A stretch of DNA of 63,814 nt, the filler included, from Vannella sp. (lineage: Eukaryota): NCBI GenBank assembly GCA_023345925.1. It is 8 parts of 8 records of this genome, joined end to end, with 100 filler letters (N's around TTAATTAATTAA, not from the genome) between each part and the next. Parts side by side here need not be neighbours in the genome. Positions count along the whole stretch, not along the records: positions 1 to 7,861 come from JAJQQN010001208.1; positions 7,962 to 14,684 come from JAJQQN010000858.1; 6 more parts are not named here. One strand, 5' to 3'. The notes beneath the pieces were generated by a model. That model was given only the letters and a program-made list of their open reading frames with translations. It did no database searches and was not told the DNA's origin. Numbering within the stretch: the first letter of the stretch is position 1; each line of letters begins with the position of its first letter. A program made the translations under genes and the position numbers. Below are positions 1 to 10,913 of this stretch, piece after piece.

Positions 1-262
1 CTATCTGCTCCAGTTTTGATTGGTGACTTTGAGATTTCTAGAACGTCATTTGTTATGTATATTTTATCTTTTTTGAAAAGGAAGGGCTTTGAATGATAAT
101 CAGGCCGAAGTTGAAAATTCGAACTTCTCAGGTTTCCGTGGGCACGATGACTTCTCTCACTCGTGGATCATCTCGAGGGAAAAGTGTCCTCTAAAAGCAG
201 TTTTCAGAAACGAGGTTGATACGATTTTTGTGTTTTTCTTGGTCATTTCGTCCGGGGGTGTT

Positions 263-3200
263 ATGAGGATGCGTGCGCCGTTCATCTCGCAGCCGGTGGA
301 GGAAGTCCCTGGTCGTGAGACATTCACGTTCAGTCTTCGTGAAGCGCAAGAGGAGGGAGCTAGTAGCCAACAAGGGGGACCAACGCCACACGTTGTGGGG
401 GACGATGCAGAGGTTTCTGTTTCAGATGCCACGGCTTCCGCCATCTTTGCTGCTCTTGATGACGCGTCGCCCCAACCTAGTGTATGTGATGCTCAGGAGT
501 TTGCTATTCGTACCAGCACTTTACCTCTGCCCAAGAGTGAAGGCGTTGAGGCGCTCCCATTCCCACTACCAGAGGGATCGCAACGCGAGGCTCCTCTGTT
601 GCAAGAGACCGCTCAAGGGGACTTGACTATCGTCCGTTATGCTCCCCAAGGTACCCAGCGTGGGCAAGTGCCGAACATCAGCGTGACCTTCTCGCAACCA
701 ATGGTTGCTGTCGGCCCTCTCGGTGAGCAGACTTCTGCCGGCCAAGGACTCGTCCAAGTACAAGTTGGTGGACAGGAGTACCTTAAGGATGGCGAATGGC
801 ACTGGATTGGCACCCAAATGGCTAAGTTTGAGCCCAAGGACGGCCGACGCCTCCCCATGTCCACTCGTTTTGATGTCTCTGTGGCTGCTGGTGCTCAGAG
901 CGTCTCAGGAAACACACTGAAGGAGAGATTGGCGTTTTCTTTCGATACTCCAACGCTGAAAGTCACCTCCACATACCCCTACACCAACTCGACCGTAGAG
1001 AGGAATCCCCTCTTCCTGGTGCGCTTCGACCAGCGCATTGAGCCAGCCAAAGTCATCAAGTTCCTTCAGTTGAGAGTTCCCGGGTCTATGCCGCTCTCCC
1101 TCGATGTTGTTGAGGATCTATCAGCAGTGCTTGAACCTTCCGTTCCGTTGGCAGAGCCTGTGGTGCCCTCTGGAAGCCCTGACTCTGTAGAATTCCAAGC
1201 CTCTTGGTCTCTCCTTTCGAAATCAAGAGCAGAGGCTCGGGCAGCTCAAGTGCCTTTGCGTCTCCAAAGCCAACTCCGCACTGCAATGGCTGAATCCGAC
1301 AAGGATCGACCTACTGGGAGCTCTAACGGAGACCAAACATTCATTGTAGCACGCGTGTCTCCCAACGCAGCCAACAAGCGCATCCTCGGCGATTCTTTGG
1401 ATCTTCCGAGCTCCATTCGCGCTGAACTTGTCCTGGCAGTAGGCGCTCCCTCTGCTGAAGGAGCATTGGTCACTTCAGAAGAACAGTGCAACACCTTCAC
1501 TACCATTTCTGATCTCAAATTGGCCTCTCCACCGAGAACGACTGGATTAGCACCTTGCGATGCCTTTAGCTTCCACTTTTCGAACTCTCTAGATGAGGAG
1601 CTTCTCAACTGTCTCTCCCCGTCTCACTGGAGTGCCCTATTGGGTATCACTCCTGCTCTTCCTGACCTCCAAGTGTCCGTTCATGGTTCCACTTTGACTA
1701 TTCGAGGAACCAGTCAGGGCGATGTGAGCTACACTGTTCGTCTTGGTGGCTGGGTTGTCGACCATTTCGGGCAGTCATTCCAGAACATGAAAGCGGGAGA
1801 AAGTGAAGACTATATCTTCCAAGTGGGGCCAGCTAGACAGTTCTTCCAAGCTCACCAAGAGGGGCTATTTACTCTGGACCCGGCCAGACACGCCAATCCA
1901 ACTTATCAGGTAACCACAGTGAATTACCACCGCCTTCGGGTAAGCCTGTTCCGGGCCAGTCCCGAACTTTTTGAGCAAAGTAGCTGGGGCAGTCGCCCGG
2001 TCTTTCTTCATAAGAATCGAGAAGACCAAACTGCTCATGAGCTTGTTGGAAATGTTGGTGAGCTTGTTAGTGAAGAGCTTATCGAAGTGGAAGGCTTCCA
2101 GACGAATCAAGCTGTGGTTACTCGCATCCCGCTGAGACAAGCATTGAATGCTGAAGGCTGGGGCCACGTCATTGTTGTGGTAGACCTCGACAAGGATGAC
2201 CACAAGGAGACGTCTTACAACCAGTGGTGCTACCGCCCACGCCCGTCCGCCTGGGTGCAGGTTACCAATCTAGCGGCTGATGCGTTCCACCATGCAGCTG
2301 AACTGAGAACCCAGTGCCTCATTAGCTCTCTGAATTCAGGTGCTCCTATTCCTGATGCACAAGTGCGCCTTGGAGATTGCACCTCCACCAGTAACGAACG
2401 AGGCTCTGCTCTCCTGGACAATAAGTCACTTTCGTATGAAGCCATGAATCACACTCTCCATGTGAGTAAGGGTAGCCAGTCTCTGATTGTGCCACATATG
2501 GCGATACTCCATCAAAACAACTATGTGGAAGCCCGCTTCTTCGTATTCAATGACCGGGGACTCTACAAACCTGGAGAGACTGTTCACTTCAAGGGATATG
2601 TTCGCCTTTATGCTTATGATCCTTCCATTGGCGCCCTCCAGCTGCTTTCCGTTCCTTCCAACCTCTGTGAAGACAAGTCTGTTTGCATTGGTTATACAGT
2701 CAGTGACGGACAGGGCGCGGAAGTCGTAAAGGAGGAAGAGTTACCGCTTTCTATTGGAGATGGAGCCTTCTCCGGAAGCTTTGCACTCCCTTCTGAAGTT
2801 AATCTGGGACAAGCAAGCATCAACATTTCCTTGAAAGGAGGAGCAACAGCTGCGAAAGCAGTTGGCTTCAGAGCTCTTGGTGCCCCACAAATGGGAAATA
2901 TCTATACAAGCCACTCATTCAGCATTGAAGAGTTCCGCCGGCCTGAATACAGTTTATCTGTCACTCGTGTAGATACTGATGCAAACGGATTGCCCCGCCA
3001 CAGCTGCTTTGGGGACACTGTCCCATCCCTGGTAGAATGCGACGCTCAATACTACTCTGGTGGTCCTCTGAATAATGCTACCGTGCAATGGAGAGTAACA
3101 GGGACCAGTACAACATTCTCTCCCCCAGGAGCTCCTGACGGCTTCCAGTTTGGTCTCCAATCTGACCCCGTTGCTTGGCGTTTCTGTGGCCCTCGCCGTA

Positions 3201-6200
3201 ACAACGAGAGTTTCACTGTTCAAGCCGAATCTCTCGGTATCGACACTGAGGACATCCGGACAACTCCCTCAGGAAGTCACCGAGTTGCCATTGACTGTGG
3301 AGCCTCTCATTTGAATGAACCCGGACCAGTATTGCTCACTTGTGAGACAACTGTAGTTGACATCAACCGACAATCTGTAGCGTCTTCAGCAACAGTATTA
3401 GTCCATCCTTCTCTGCTCTACATCGGAGCGAAACAATCTTCGTACTTTGTGAAGTCCAGCGACCCAAAGGAGGAGTATTATGAATTCATTGTGATAGACG
3501 TGGATGGAAGGGTGGTAACCGATGCCAAGCTGGCTGTTAAGCTCTCCCAAAACCGAATCCCCATTCACGAGTGCGAACTCCAATCCCAAGCAACTCCCAT
3601 CCGACTCCCCCTCACTCTCGCCAGCTTTAGCCACAAGGAATCTGTGAGCACTGGATCCGTCAGTCTCGAAGTCACGGTTGTGGACAAAGAAGGACGATTC
3701 AATAAGACCAGCAGTGCGTTCTACTTGAGTGTGCCTTGCGCAGATCCCACTGGAAGAATCCGGCTCAGCTCTACTCAAGGGGAGAAGGTTTCGATGAGCG
3801 AAGTTATCATCGTGCCCAACAAGGCTGTGTACAGTGTGGGTGATGTGGCTTCACTATTGATTCGCTCCCCATGGACGGCAAGAAGCGGGGTGTGGTCACT
3901 CTGGAATCAAAGAAGCCTCATTCGCGCTGAGCCATTCACTTGGGCAGAGGGTGCACCAACCCAAGAGATCGCTTTTGCCATAACAGAGGGATTCCTGGGC
4001 AGAGGGACAGTATCGTTTGACGTCAAACTCTTTGGAGAAACGACTCGAAATGGGCAGTCTCAACCAGCTCAAGGACAAGCCAGTCTCCCTCTCGATGTCC
4101 CGGTCTGGAGCAAGTCTCTCCACCCGCAAATTCGCTCCGAGGAAGTTGTTCGTCCAGGAGCTGAGGTTAAGGTCCGAGTGGGAGTGCAGGATAATGACGG
4201 ACTTTGGGTTCCCAATAGCAACTTGTGTGTATTTGCTGTGGATGAATCCGTCTTGGCCCTTAGCGGGTACCAACTCCTCGACCCAATGGACACTTTCTAC
4301 TCCACTGGGGATCCCTCTCTCCAGTACATCTATCCTTTGACATCTCACTCTCGAAGTCAAGTCTTCTTGCCAGGAACTCTCTCTTTGGAAGGACTTCTTG
4401 GAGAGCCAGAGCCAGTTATGTGTTTCGGGGGAATGCGATCGATGATGTGCGCGGCACCTGGTGGTGGTGGAGGGGGCAGAGGAGGAAGGATGGCAATGAG
4501 GAGTATGAAGATGTCCTCCATGAGTTCGGCTGTACCAGAAGCTGCAATGTCAATGTCATTGTGCGCTTCATTTGCTCAATCCGATATGGAGCCAGAGCCT
4601 GAGGTAGGCAAGATTACTCTTCGAACGAACTTTAGTGCCTTGGCGACTTGGCAACCGAACGCAGTAACGCCGTCCTTTGTTCCAAGCAACCAGATTACCG
4701 AGGAGCAAGCTTCAACGGAACTAGTTTTCACTATTCCTGACTCTTTGACCCGCTACCGCATCTGCTGCATTGCCACTGAGGCTGCCACTCGCTTTGGAAA
4801 GGGAGAAGGAGCAATGGTTGCGGCCCTTCCACTCCAAATCCAGCCCTCTGCGCCTAGATTCCTCCAGTTTGGTGACACTGCCCAAGTCAGCGTTATTGTG
4901 CGCAACCAGACTTCATCTCCCATCAACGGAGCATGCGTTGTCATGAGAGCACTCAACACTGTTGCTGCCTTGACATCTTCCACTCCTGGCCTCCGAATTG
5001 ACATTCCAGCCAACGACAGAGTCGAAGTCCGCTTCTCTGTCAGCGCCTGCTCAGCAGCCGGGACGGCCCGTTTCCAAACTGCTGTGATTGGACCCGACCA
5101 GATTAGTGACGCGGCTGAGTTTAGCTTCCGTGTGTGGTCCCCAGCTACCACAGAGGCATTTGCTACTTACGGAGAGATTGATGAAGATAAGGGAGTGGTT
5201 GTTCAAGCTGTTAAGTCGCCTTCTGCAGGGACCGTTTGGCCACAGTTTGGAGAGCTGAGTCTCAGTGTAACTTCTACGGTGCTTGGGAGCATGGTAGATG
5301 CATACATTGCAGTGTACAACTATCCTTATGGCTGCGCTGAACAAAGAGCTTCACGGCTGCTCAGTACAGTCGCCATGCGAGACGTTGTTGCTGCCTTTAG
5401 TCGTGTCCAGACACTCCCCAATGGATTCCAAGCCCCACCCTCTGCCGAAGACATTGCCAATGGCATTCAACAAGATCTGGCAGAGCTAGAGAAGATGCAG
5501 GATCCAGCCACAGGGGGATTCCGTTTCTGGTCGGGCAGCCAAGTGAGCGCTTGGGCCTCTGTCCACGTTGGAGACGCTCTGGCTCGCGCCAAACTTAGCG
5601 GAATTGATGTCAAAGCATCTCTCCTTGAGAGAGCCGAGCAGTTCTGCCGTCTAACTGTCTGCGAAACGCACTTGCGCAGTTTCTTGAGCGGACACGATTC
5701 GGGAGACGGGCTTTTCTTGCATATTCTGTGCAAGGCGCACGCTGTTCGTAGAAGACTTCAACAGGCTTTAGGCTACACTGCTGGCAACACAGAGTTGATT
5801 GACGAAGTCACTGAGCTCTTCAAGAGATGGAAGAAGGCCCTCGAGAATGCTTCGTCTAACAACACGCTGATTGAGCTCACTGCTCTGCTGCTGCCATCTC
5901 TCAAAGAGTCTAACTTACCTAAAGAGACTCAAGAAGCTAAGGAATGGCTCCTTTCTTGCATTCAGGAAACAGCCTCGACCGCATGTGTGGCAACAGGAAA
6001 GACCTCACAGAATGCTGGCTTCCTCCTCCTCCAATCCTCTCGTCGTACTGATGCTTGGACACTTGAGGCGCTGATTGCCACGGACTCGGACAGCAGTCTC
6101 TGTACCAAGCTAATGCGCGGGCTCTTTGCCCATCGTAAGGCGGGGACGTGGGCCAACACCCAAGAGACCACCTGCGTGCTTCTTGCCGTGAACGCCTACT

Positions 6201-6946
6201 TCCAATGCTTTGAGAAGGACACTCCTAACTTCCACGCCAACGCTTGGCTCGGGCCCACGCATTGCCTCTCAGCGCCATTCGAAGGACGCTCTGTCGACTC
6301 GAAAGTCACCAACGTCCCTGTACAGTTCCTCTGTGACGCTGCATCATCAGGAGACTCACAAGTACCCTTCATTATCCAGAAGACAGGAGGGAATGGCCGC
6401 TTGTACTACCGTCTGGCCATGACGTACGCCCCTCGTGAGCTGGTGCTCGATGCCAAAGAGTCTGGCTTCGCCGTCACTCGTCGCTATCAGTCGGTTGATC
6501 GCCCAGATGATGTCGTCTTTGATGTAGATAGCCAAGCCTACAAGATCCGATCGGGTGCGAGGGTTCGGGTCCTCCTTACGATGAGCAACCAGACCCGAAG
6601 GTTCCATGTGGCCTTGGTCGATTGGATGCCAGCTGCCTTCGAAGCACTCAACCCAGCACTGAAGGGAACAGGTGAGCTTCCTCCTCTCTCAGCTGATGGG
6701 GAGGAGAGTGTCAATCGAGGAAGCTACTGCTGGTGGCGAGGACCTTGGTACGAACACCAGAACTTCCGCGATGAGCGTGTCGAAGCCTTCTGCATGTACC
6801 TCAATCCTGGCGTCCACGAGTACAGCTATGTAGCCCGTTGTACCCAGATCGGTACCTTCACTGCACCTCCCGCTAAGGCCGAAGAGATGTACGCTCCCGA
6901 GGTGTTTGGACGCTCTGCGTCGTTCAAGGTCCATGTGATCGAATAG
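263..6946 (+). CDS. Bacterial-type alpha-2-macroglobulin (YfhM/MG2-domain family) with N-terminal Ig-like domains; intronless
   Basis: Motifs: FNDRGLYKPGETVHFKG (MG domain), EEFRRPEY, AVDESVLAL, LRTNF after a bait-like region, PDSLTRYR, PRFLQFGD, thioester YPYGCAEQ, WANTQE, and C-terminal RDERVEAF...YVAR...PPAKAEEMYAPEVFGRS. The first in-frame ATG is at 263; the ORF-track start at 89 is TTG. Confidence 0.92.
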   Translation: MRMRAPFISQPVEEVPGRETFTFSLREAQEEGASSQQGGPTPHVVGDDAEVSVSDATASAIFAALDDASPQPSVCDAQEFAIRTSTLPLPKSEGVEALPFPLPEGSQREAPLLQETAQGDLTIVRYAPQGTQRGQVPNISVTFSQPMVAVGPLGEQTSAGQGLVQVQVGGQEYLKDGEWHWIGTQMAKFEPKDGRRLPMSTRFDVSVAAGAQSVSGNTLKERLAFSFDTPTLKVTSTYPYTNSTVERNPLFLVRFDQRIEPAKVIKFLQLRVPGSMPLSLDVVEDLSAVLEPSVPLAEPVVPSGSPDSVEFQASWSLLSKSRAEARAAQVPLRLQSQLRTAMAESDKDRPTGSSNGDQTFIVARVSPNAANKRILGDSLDLPSSIRAELVLAVGAPSAEGALVTSEEQCNTFTTISDLKLASPPRTTGLAPCDAFSFHFSNSLDEELLNCLSPSHWSALLGITPALPDLQVSVHGSTLTIRGTSQGDVSYTVRLGGWVVDHFGQSFQNMKAGESEDYIFQVGPARQFFQAHQEGLFTLDPARHANPTYQVTTVNYHRLRVSLFRASPELFEQSSWGSRPVFLHKNREDQTAHELVGNVGELVSEELIEVEGFQTNQAVVTRIPLRQALNAEGWGHVIVVVDLDKDDHKETSYNQWCYRPRPSAWVQVTNLAADAFHHAAELRTQCLISSLNSGAPIPDAQVRLGDCTSTSNERGSALLDNKSLSYEAMNHTLHVSKGSQSLIVPHMAILHQNNYVEARFFVFNDRGLYKPGETVHFKGYVRLYAYDPSIGALQLLSVPSNLCEDKSVCIGYTVSDGQGAEVVKEEELPLSIGDGAFSGSFALPSEVNLGQASINISLKGGATAAKAVGFRALGAPQMGNIYTSHSFSIEEFRRPEYSLSVTRVDTDANGLPRHSCFGDTVPSLVECDAQYYSGGPLNNATVQWRVTGTSTTFSPPGAPDGFQFGLQSDPVAWRFCGPRRNNESFTVQAESLGIDTEDIRTTPSGSHRVAIDCGASHLNEPGPVLLTCETTVVDINRQSVASSATVLVHPSLLYIGAKQSSYFVKSSDPKEEYYEFIVIDVDGRVVTDAKLAVKLSQNRIPIHECELQSQATPIRLPLTLASFSHKESVSTGSVSLEVTVVDKEGRFNKTSSAFYLSVPCADPTGRIRLSSTQGEKVSMSEVIIVPNKAVYSVGDVASLLIRSPWTARSGVWSLWNQRSLIRAEPFTWAEGAPTQEIAFAITEGFLGRGTVSFDVKLFGETTRNGQSQPAQGQASLPLDVPVWSKSLHPQIRSEEVVRPGAEVKVRVGVQDNDGLWVPNSNLCVFAVDESVLALSGYQLLDPMDTFYSTGDPSLQYIYPLTSHSRSQVFLPGTLSLEGLLGEPEPVMCFGGMRSMMCAAPGGGGGGRGGRMAMRSMKMSSMSSAVPEAAMSMSLCASFAQSDMEPEPEVGKITLRTNFSALATWQPNAVTPSFVPSNQITEEQASTELVFTIPDSLTRYRICCIATEAATRFGKGEGAMVAALPLQIQPSAPRFLQFGDTAQVSVIVRNQTSSPINGACVVMRALNTVAALTSSTPGLRIDIPANDRVEVRFSVSACSAAGTARFQTAVIGPDQISDAAEFSFRVWSPATTEAFATYGEIDEDKGVVVQAVKSPSAGTVWPQFGELSLSVTSTVLGSMVDAYIAVYNYPYGCAEQRASRLLSTVAMRDVVAAFSRVQTLPNGFQAPPSAEDIANGIQQDLAELEKMQDPATGGFRFWSGSQVSAWASVHVGDALARAKLSGIDVKASLLERAEQFCRLTVCETHLRSFLSGHDSGDGLFLHILCKAHAVRRRLQQALGYTAGNTELIDEVTELFKRWKKALENASSNNTLIELTALLLPSLKESNLPKETQEAKEWLLSCIQETASTACVATGKTSQNAGFLLLQSSRRTDAWTLEALIATDSDSSLCTKLMRGLFAHRKAGTWANTQETTCVLLAVNAYFQCFEKDTPNFHANAWLGPTHCLSAPFEGRSVDSKVTNVPVQFLCDAASSGDSQVPFIIQKTGGNGRLYYRLAMTYAPRELVLDAKESGFAVTRRYQSVDRPDDVVFDVDSQAYKIRSGARVRVLLTMSNQTRRFHVALVDWMPAAFEALNPALKGTGELPPLSADGEESVNRGSYCWWRGPWYEHQNFRDERVEAFCMYLNPGVHEYSYVARCTQIGTFTAPPAKAEEMYAPEVFGRSASFKVHVIE

Positions 6947-6983
6947 ATGAACTAAAGGAAGGAGTTACAATCACCTTTATCGC

Positions 6984-7598
6984 TTAGATCTTGGTGAAGG
7001 CGGCAATGTCAACGCTTTGGACTTCGTCCTCGAACGCTTCGATCTGTTCTTGGAGGATGTCAGAGGAGACGAGGTCATCGACAACGGTGCACATGATTGT
7101 GAGTTTGTTGATGCCGAATGCGACAGGCTTCAGCTCAGAGGCACCCCAGACAAGACCATCCATGGCGATCTGTCTGATCTTGACCTCCAAAGCGGGCAGA
7201 TCAGTCTCGCTGTCCCAGGGTTTGATGTCAAAGAGGATGGAAGACTTTGCAACCGGCTTGTCCTTCAAAGCGTTCTTGGCTAACTGCTCCTGAGCACGTT
7301 GCTCGATCATCTCTTCGCGGATCTTCTCCGCTTCCTCATCATCATCGTCACCAAAAAGATCAATATCGTCCTCATCCTCCTCAGGCTTCTCCTCGGCCTT
7401 CTCAGCTACCTTTTCGACGACCTTCTCGACTGGCTTAGCCTCGGCGACGATCTCCTTCGTTTGGACTGCCTCGACTTTCACCTCCTTCTTGTCTACAACA
7501 GAAGCGTCCTCTTGTGGGAGCGCACGGAGAGTACTATAGAACGACACAAGATCTACAACCTCTATCAGATACATCCTTTCTTGTCCCATCCACGTCAC
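6984..7598 (-). CDS. EEF1B: Translation elongation factor 1-beta/delta (eEF1B); 5' exon structure uncertain
   Basis: Acidic [13 protein letters not shown] motif followed by the GEF domain [17 protein letters not shown]...[19 protein letters not shown]...[15 protein letters not shown]. Confidence 0.93.
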   Translation of the reverse strand: MTWMGQERMYLIEVVDLVSFYSTLRALPQEDASVVDKKEVKVEAVQTKEIVAEAKPVEKVVEKVAEKAEEKPEEDEDDIDLFGDDDDEEAEKIREEMIEQRAQEQLAKNALKDKPVAKSSILFDIKPWDSETDLPALEVKIRQIAMDGLVWGASELKPVAFGINKLTIMCTVVDDLVSSDILQEQIEAFEDEVQSVDIAAFTKI

Positions 7599-7861
7599 CT
7601 ACTCGACATGTCGGAAGGAGTGACGAAAATTTCGTCGTGTTGCTGTATCCACCCCAACAACCGCCCCAATTCACTACCTACTTTGAAATCGATTTCACAT
7701 TCCAAGACATTGTAGGTGGCATTATCCTCAGAGAATTCACCGCCCCACTCAACCACCAGAGAAAATCCACGAGCCAAGGGGAAGAGGGTTCCAAAACGCG
7801 TGTTTGCGTAGAGTGTCCTGATGACCTCCATCTCTTCAGGATAAGCTTTTGGACTGATTTC

Positions 7862-7961
7862 NNNNNNNNNNNNNNNNNNNNNNNNNNNNNNNNNNNNNNN
7901 NNNNNTTAATTAATTAANNNNNNNNNNNNNNNNNNNNNNNNNNNNNNNNNNNNNNNNNNNN
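7862..7961. other. Artificial contig linker (N44-TTAATTAATTAA-N44)
   Basis: 100-nt spacer with a stop-in-all-frames core; seven identical copies in the window. Confidence 0.99.
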
Positions 7962-9756
7962 GGGGAGCTCCTTCGAGAGAGCAAGCAGATCCAATGTCGC
8001 TGTGAGAGTTCCGAATGCTTCCATCAATGGTGACAGCGGAGTCGCCATTAAAGTGGACAACCACTTTGTCGAATTCGGTTGCAACAATGCAGTCCACAGC
8101 CAAGAAGTCCTTGTTTTTGGCTCCAGAGGCCAACGTAGAATTGAATGTGAGCTGCGATGCGAACAAGTTACTTGGGCCTCGAACAAGAATGTTGGTCCCC
8201 ACTCCGCCAGAGAAGCTGCTTTCCCCCAAAGAGATGTTCGCCACTTGGTTGTCGAAGAGAATGTCCGAAGGACCAGCATCGCCACCGTTGTCCTGGAACA
8301 GGGACTGCGCCCTGAAGGTTTGAACATTGTTGGCATAAATGGCTCCTCCCTTTGCGGCTGAGTTCCCAATAAACTGGCAGTTCAAAACGATGACTTCTTT
8401 GCAATCGAACGTTGCCAGGGCACCGGCGGTCGTCGCAGAGTTCTTGGTAAAGTTGGAATTGCTGACTTGCACAGTATTGATGCCACGGAAGTGGAGAGGA
8501 GGCAGATTTGACTTTAAACTGACAGAGGCCAAGTTAAAGTCGCAGTTCTCAACGTTAACATTGGATTCAATCGACCCAACTCCCTCAAAGCTGAAGATTC
8601 CTGGAGAATTTGCCTGTCCAGTGAAGGAGGAAGCTTGGATGGAGTTGTATGGAGCGCTCCAACTGCCTCCCTTGACAACCAATGCGCCTCCCTGATTGTT
8701 AAAGACAGAGCACTGCTCAAAGGTCCCCAGGACATTCTCTCCCTTTGAAGTGTATCGAACGGGGCCGCTGTTCCAGAACTTGCAAGACCGCACAAGAGCC
8801 GAGTTCGAGGGTGAATGAGCCAGCATCGAGATTGGGCTGATCTCGGCGTCATAGAACTCGCTTGAGGTGACTGCGATTAAATTGGACTCCAATTGAAGCT
8901 GATATTGGCTCCCAACAAAAGTACTCCCGGAAATCATAGCAGAACCCTGCAACCTTGCACGAAGACCATACTGGCTGGACCCCAGGAAAGTGCTGTTCTC
9001 GATATCCAGCCCATCAGCGTTGATCTCAGCGAGTGTTCCGATAACACCCGTTCGGGAGAAGTTCGAGGTAATGAATGTTACATCTCCTTCGATGTCGATG
9101 TTGAGAAGGGGCTGGAAGAGGTTCTCCCCAGAAAACTCGCTGCTTTGAACGTAAAGCTGTCCCATTCCGGTCACGTTGAGTGGACTATCGCTGAAGATGG
9201 TCATCGTGAAGGTGGTGGACAACATGTTGCTGAATATGGACGCTTCCCTTGATTGAGAGATAACACAGTTTGTCAGGACAGCATTGCAGGCATCAGCAGT
9301 GGGTTCAGTGCTACCAGCAGCCACGATTGCCCCTCCGTTAATCTTGCAGTTGTACATGACGATAGAGGCAGCTACAACCTCAGCAGCATAAGTGCACCCT
9401 TCAATCGTCATGGTACTGAGAGAAAGAGTGCCATGGAATGATGCGAAGCACAAAGGGGTCGTCTTACCACCCTCGATGACAACGTCCTCAGGGGAAGACC
9501 CGTCAACCGAAGTGATGAAAACGCTGGACTGAAACATAAGACCAACGTTTTGGGGGCCAATGTAACGACCAGGAGCCAGCTTCATCACGATGTCGGTGCT
9601 GTTCTGAAGCATGGCAAACAGATAAGCCTGATTGATGCTTGCGCACGGATCGTCACTCGAGCAGTTGTTCGAGAGCACGTTTCCATCATTCGCCACGTAA
9701 AACACCTGCGCAGAGACAGCCAAGCAGAGGGCCAGCAAAACACACACGCGCAGCAT
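7962..9756 (-). CDS. Secreted/surface beta-helix (pectin lyase-like, polymorphic membrane repeat) protein, 3' truncated
   Basis: Signal peptide MLRVCVLLALCLAVSA, N-terminal YVANDG..CSSDDPCASI, and repeats such as FIGNSAAKGGAIY and FNNQGGAL. Confidence 0.75.
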
Positions 9757-9987
9757 GAGCTGGGAACAATGCTTTGAAACTTCTGATCAGAGTAGGGTTG
9801 AGCAGGGTATCCTAAACCCTACTCACAAAAGATACCATTTGATCATGGGTGCCATTAGGTGGGTCATTATCAAATGCTAAAGCATCAAAAGTGATGGATC
9901 AGGTGCTCAATTAAATGAGAACGAAAGTTTACGAAAGAAGCACGAATGGCAACGAATGATACAGGTCAGAGAGGAACTGGACTAGAA

Positions 9988-10763
9988 TTACAGGAGGCTG
10001 CAGGCACCCTTCTTCTTCTTCTTAACATCCTGCTTCTTGTCAGGCCTTGTGGGTGTGGCAGTGGCCGACTCCACTCCGGAAGCATCAAAGTCGCGGACTT
10101 GTTTCACGAGTTCAATGAAGGACTCTTCGATATTGATCCTTGACTTGGCGGATGTCTCGAAGAACGCAATATCCCATGACTTGGCCAGCTCTTTACCGTC
10201 CTCCAAGGTCACTTTTCGCTCCTTTTCGAGGTCACACTTGTTCCCACAGAGAACCATTGGGAACTTGCTGCACTCTTTTGATCGCAGAATAGTGTCCCTC
10301 ATCTCGTTGATTGTATCAAAGCTCCGCTTTGCTGTTACGCTGTACACCAAAAGAAATCCTTGGCCGGTGTTGATGTATTGGTCTCGCATGACCTAAGAGG
10401 GCGATCAGACGGCCTTCTTTTGAACCGAAAAATAGCGTTAATCCTTGTGTACTTACAGAGTACTCTTCCTGTCCAGCAGTATCGAGGATATCGAGCATGT
10501 ATGACTCCTCATCAATGGTCACCTGCTTACGGTAGGAGTTCTCTGTGAAGGGGAGAATCAGTATACAGTTTTGTTTGACACTTGTTCGTACGTACCAATG
10601 GTTGGATCGTACTCCTTAACGAAGTGGTTCTGGGTGAACTGGATGGTCACGCACGATTTGCCTGGCGAGTGGATGAGCCCTCAGTTTCCCTCCCCAGTCC
10701 TTAGTGATGAAAGAACCTACCAACGCCTCCATCCCCGAGAATCACGATCTTGAACATGGTCAT
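9988..10763 (-). CDS. ras: Ras family small GTPase (4 exons)
   Basis: Spliced sequence gives [37 protein letters not shown] and polybasic CAAX ([11 protein letters not shown]). GT-AG introns at 10662-10720, 10543-10595 and 10393-10456. Confidence 0.96.
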
Positions 10764-10913
10764 GACCAAACGGACAACCAAAACTGACCTTGGTCGCTGT
10801 GCCAGCCAATCAGATCGTCCAAACCGCAATCTAAAAAAGGGATCGTGCCAACCAATGATGACGAATCATGACGAAGTTTCGGTTTCTGAGCTGGGTTAGC
10901 GCGAAACACAATC

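Noticed and set aside
89..262. N-terminal hydrophobic stretch (IFVFFLVISS) in the ORF-track version of A2M
   Set aside because: It depends on a TTG start. In a eukaryote the first in-frame ATG (263) lies downstream, so this stretch is probably promoter or UTR.
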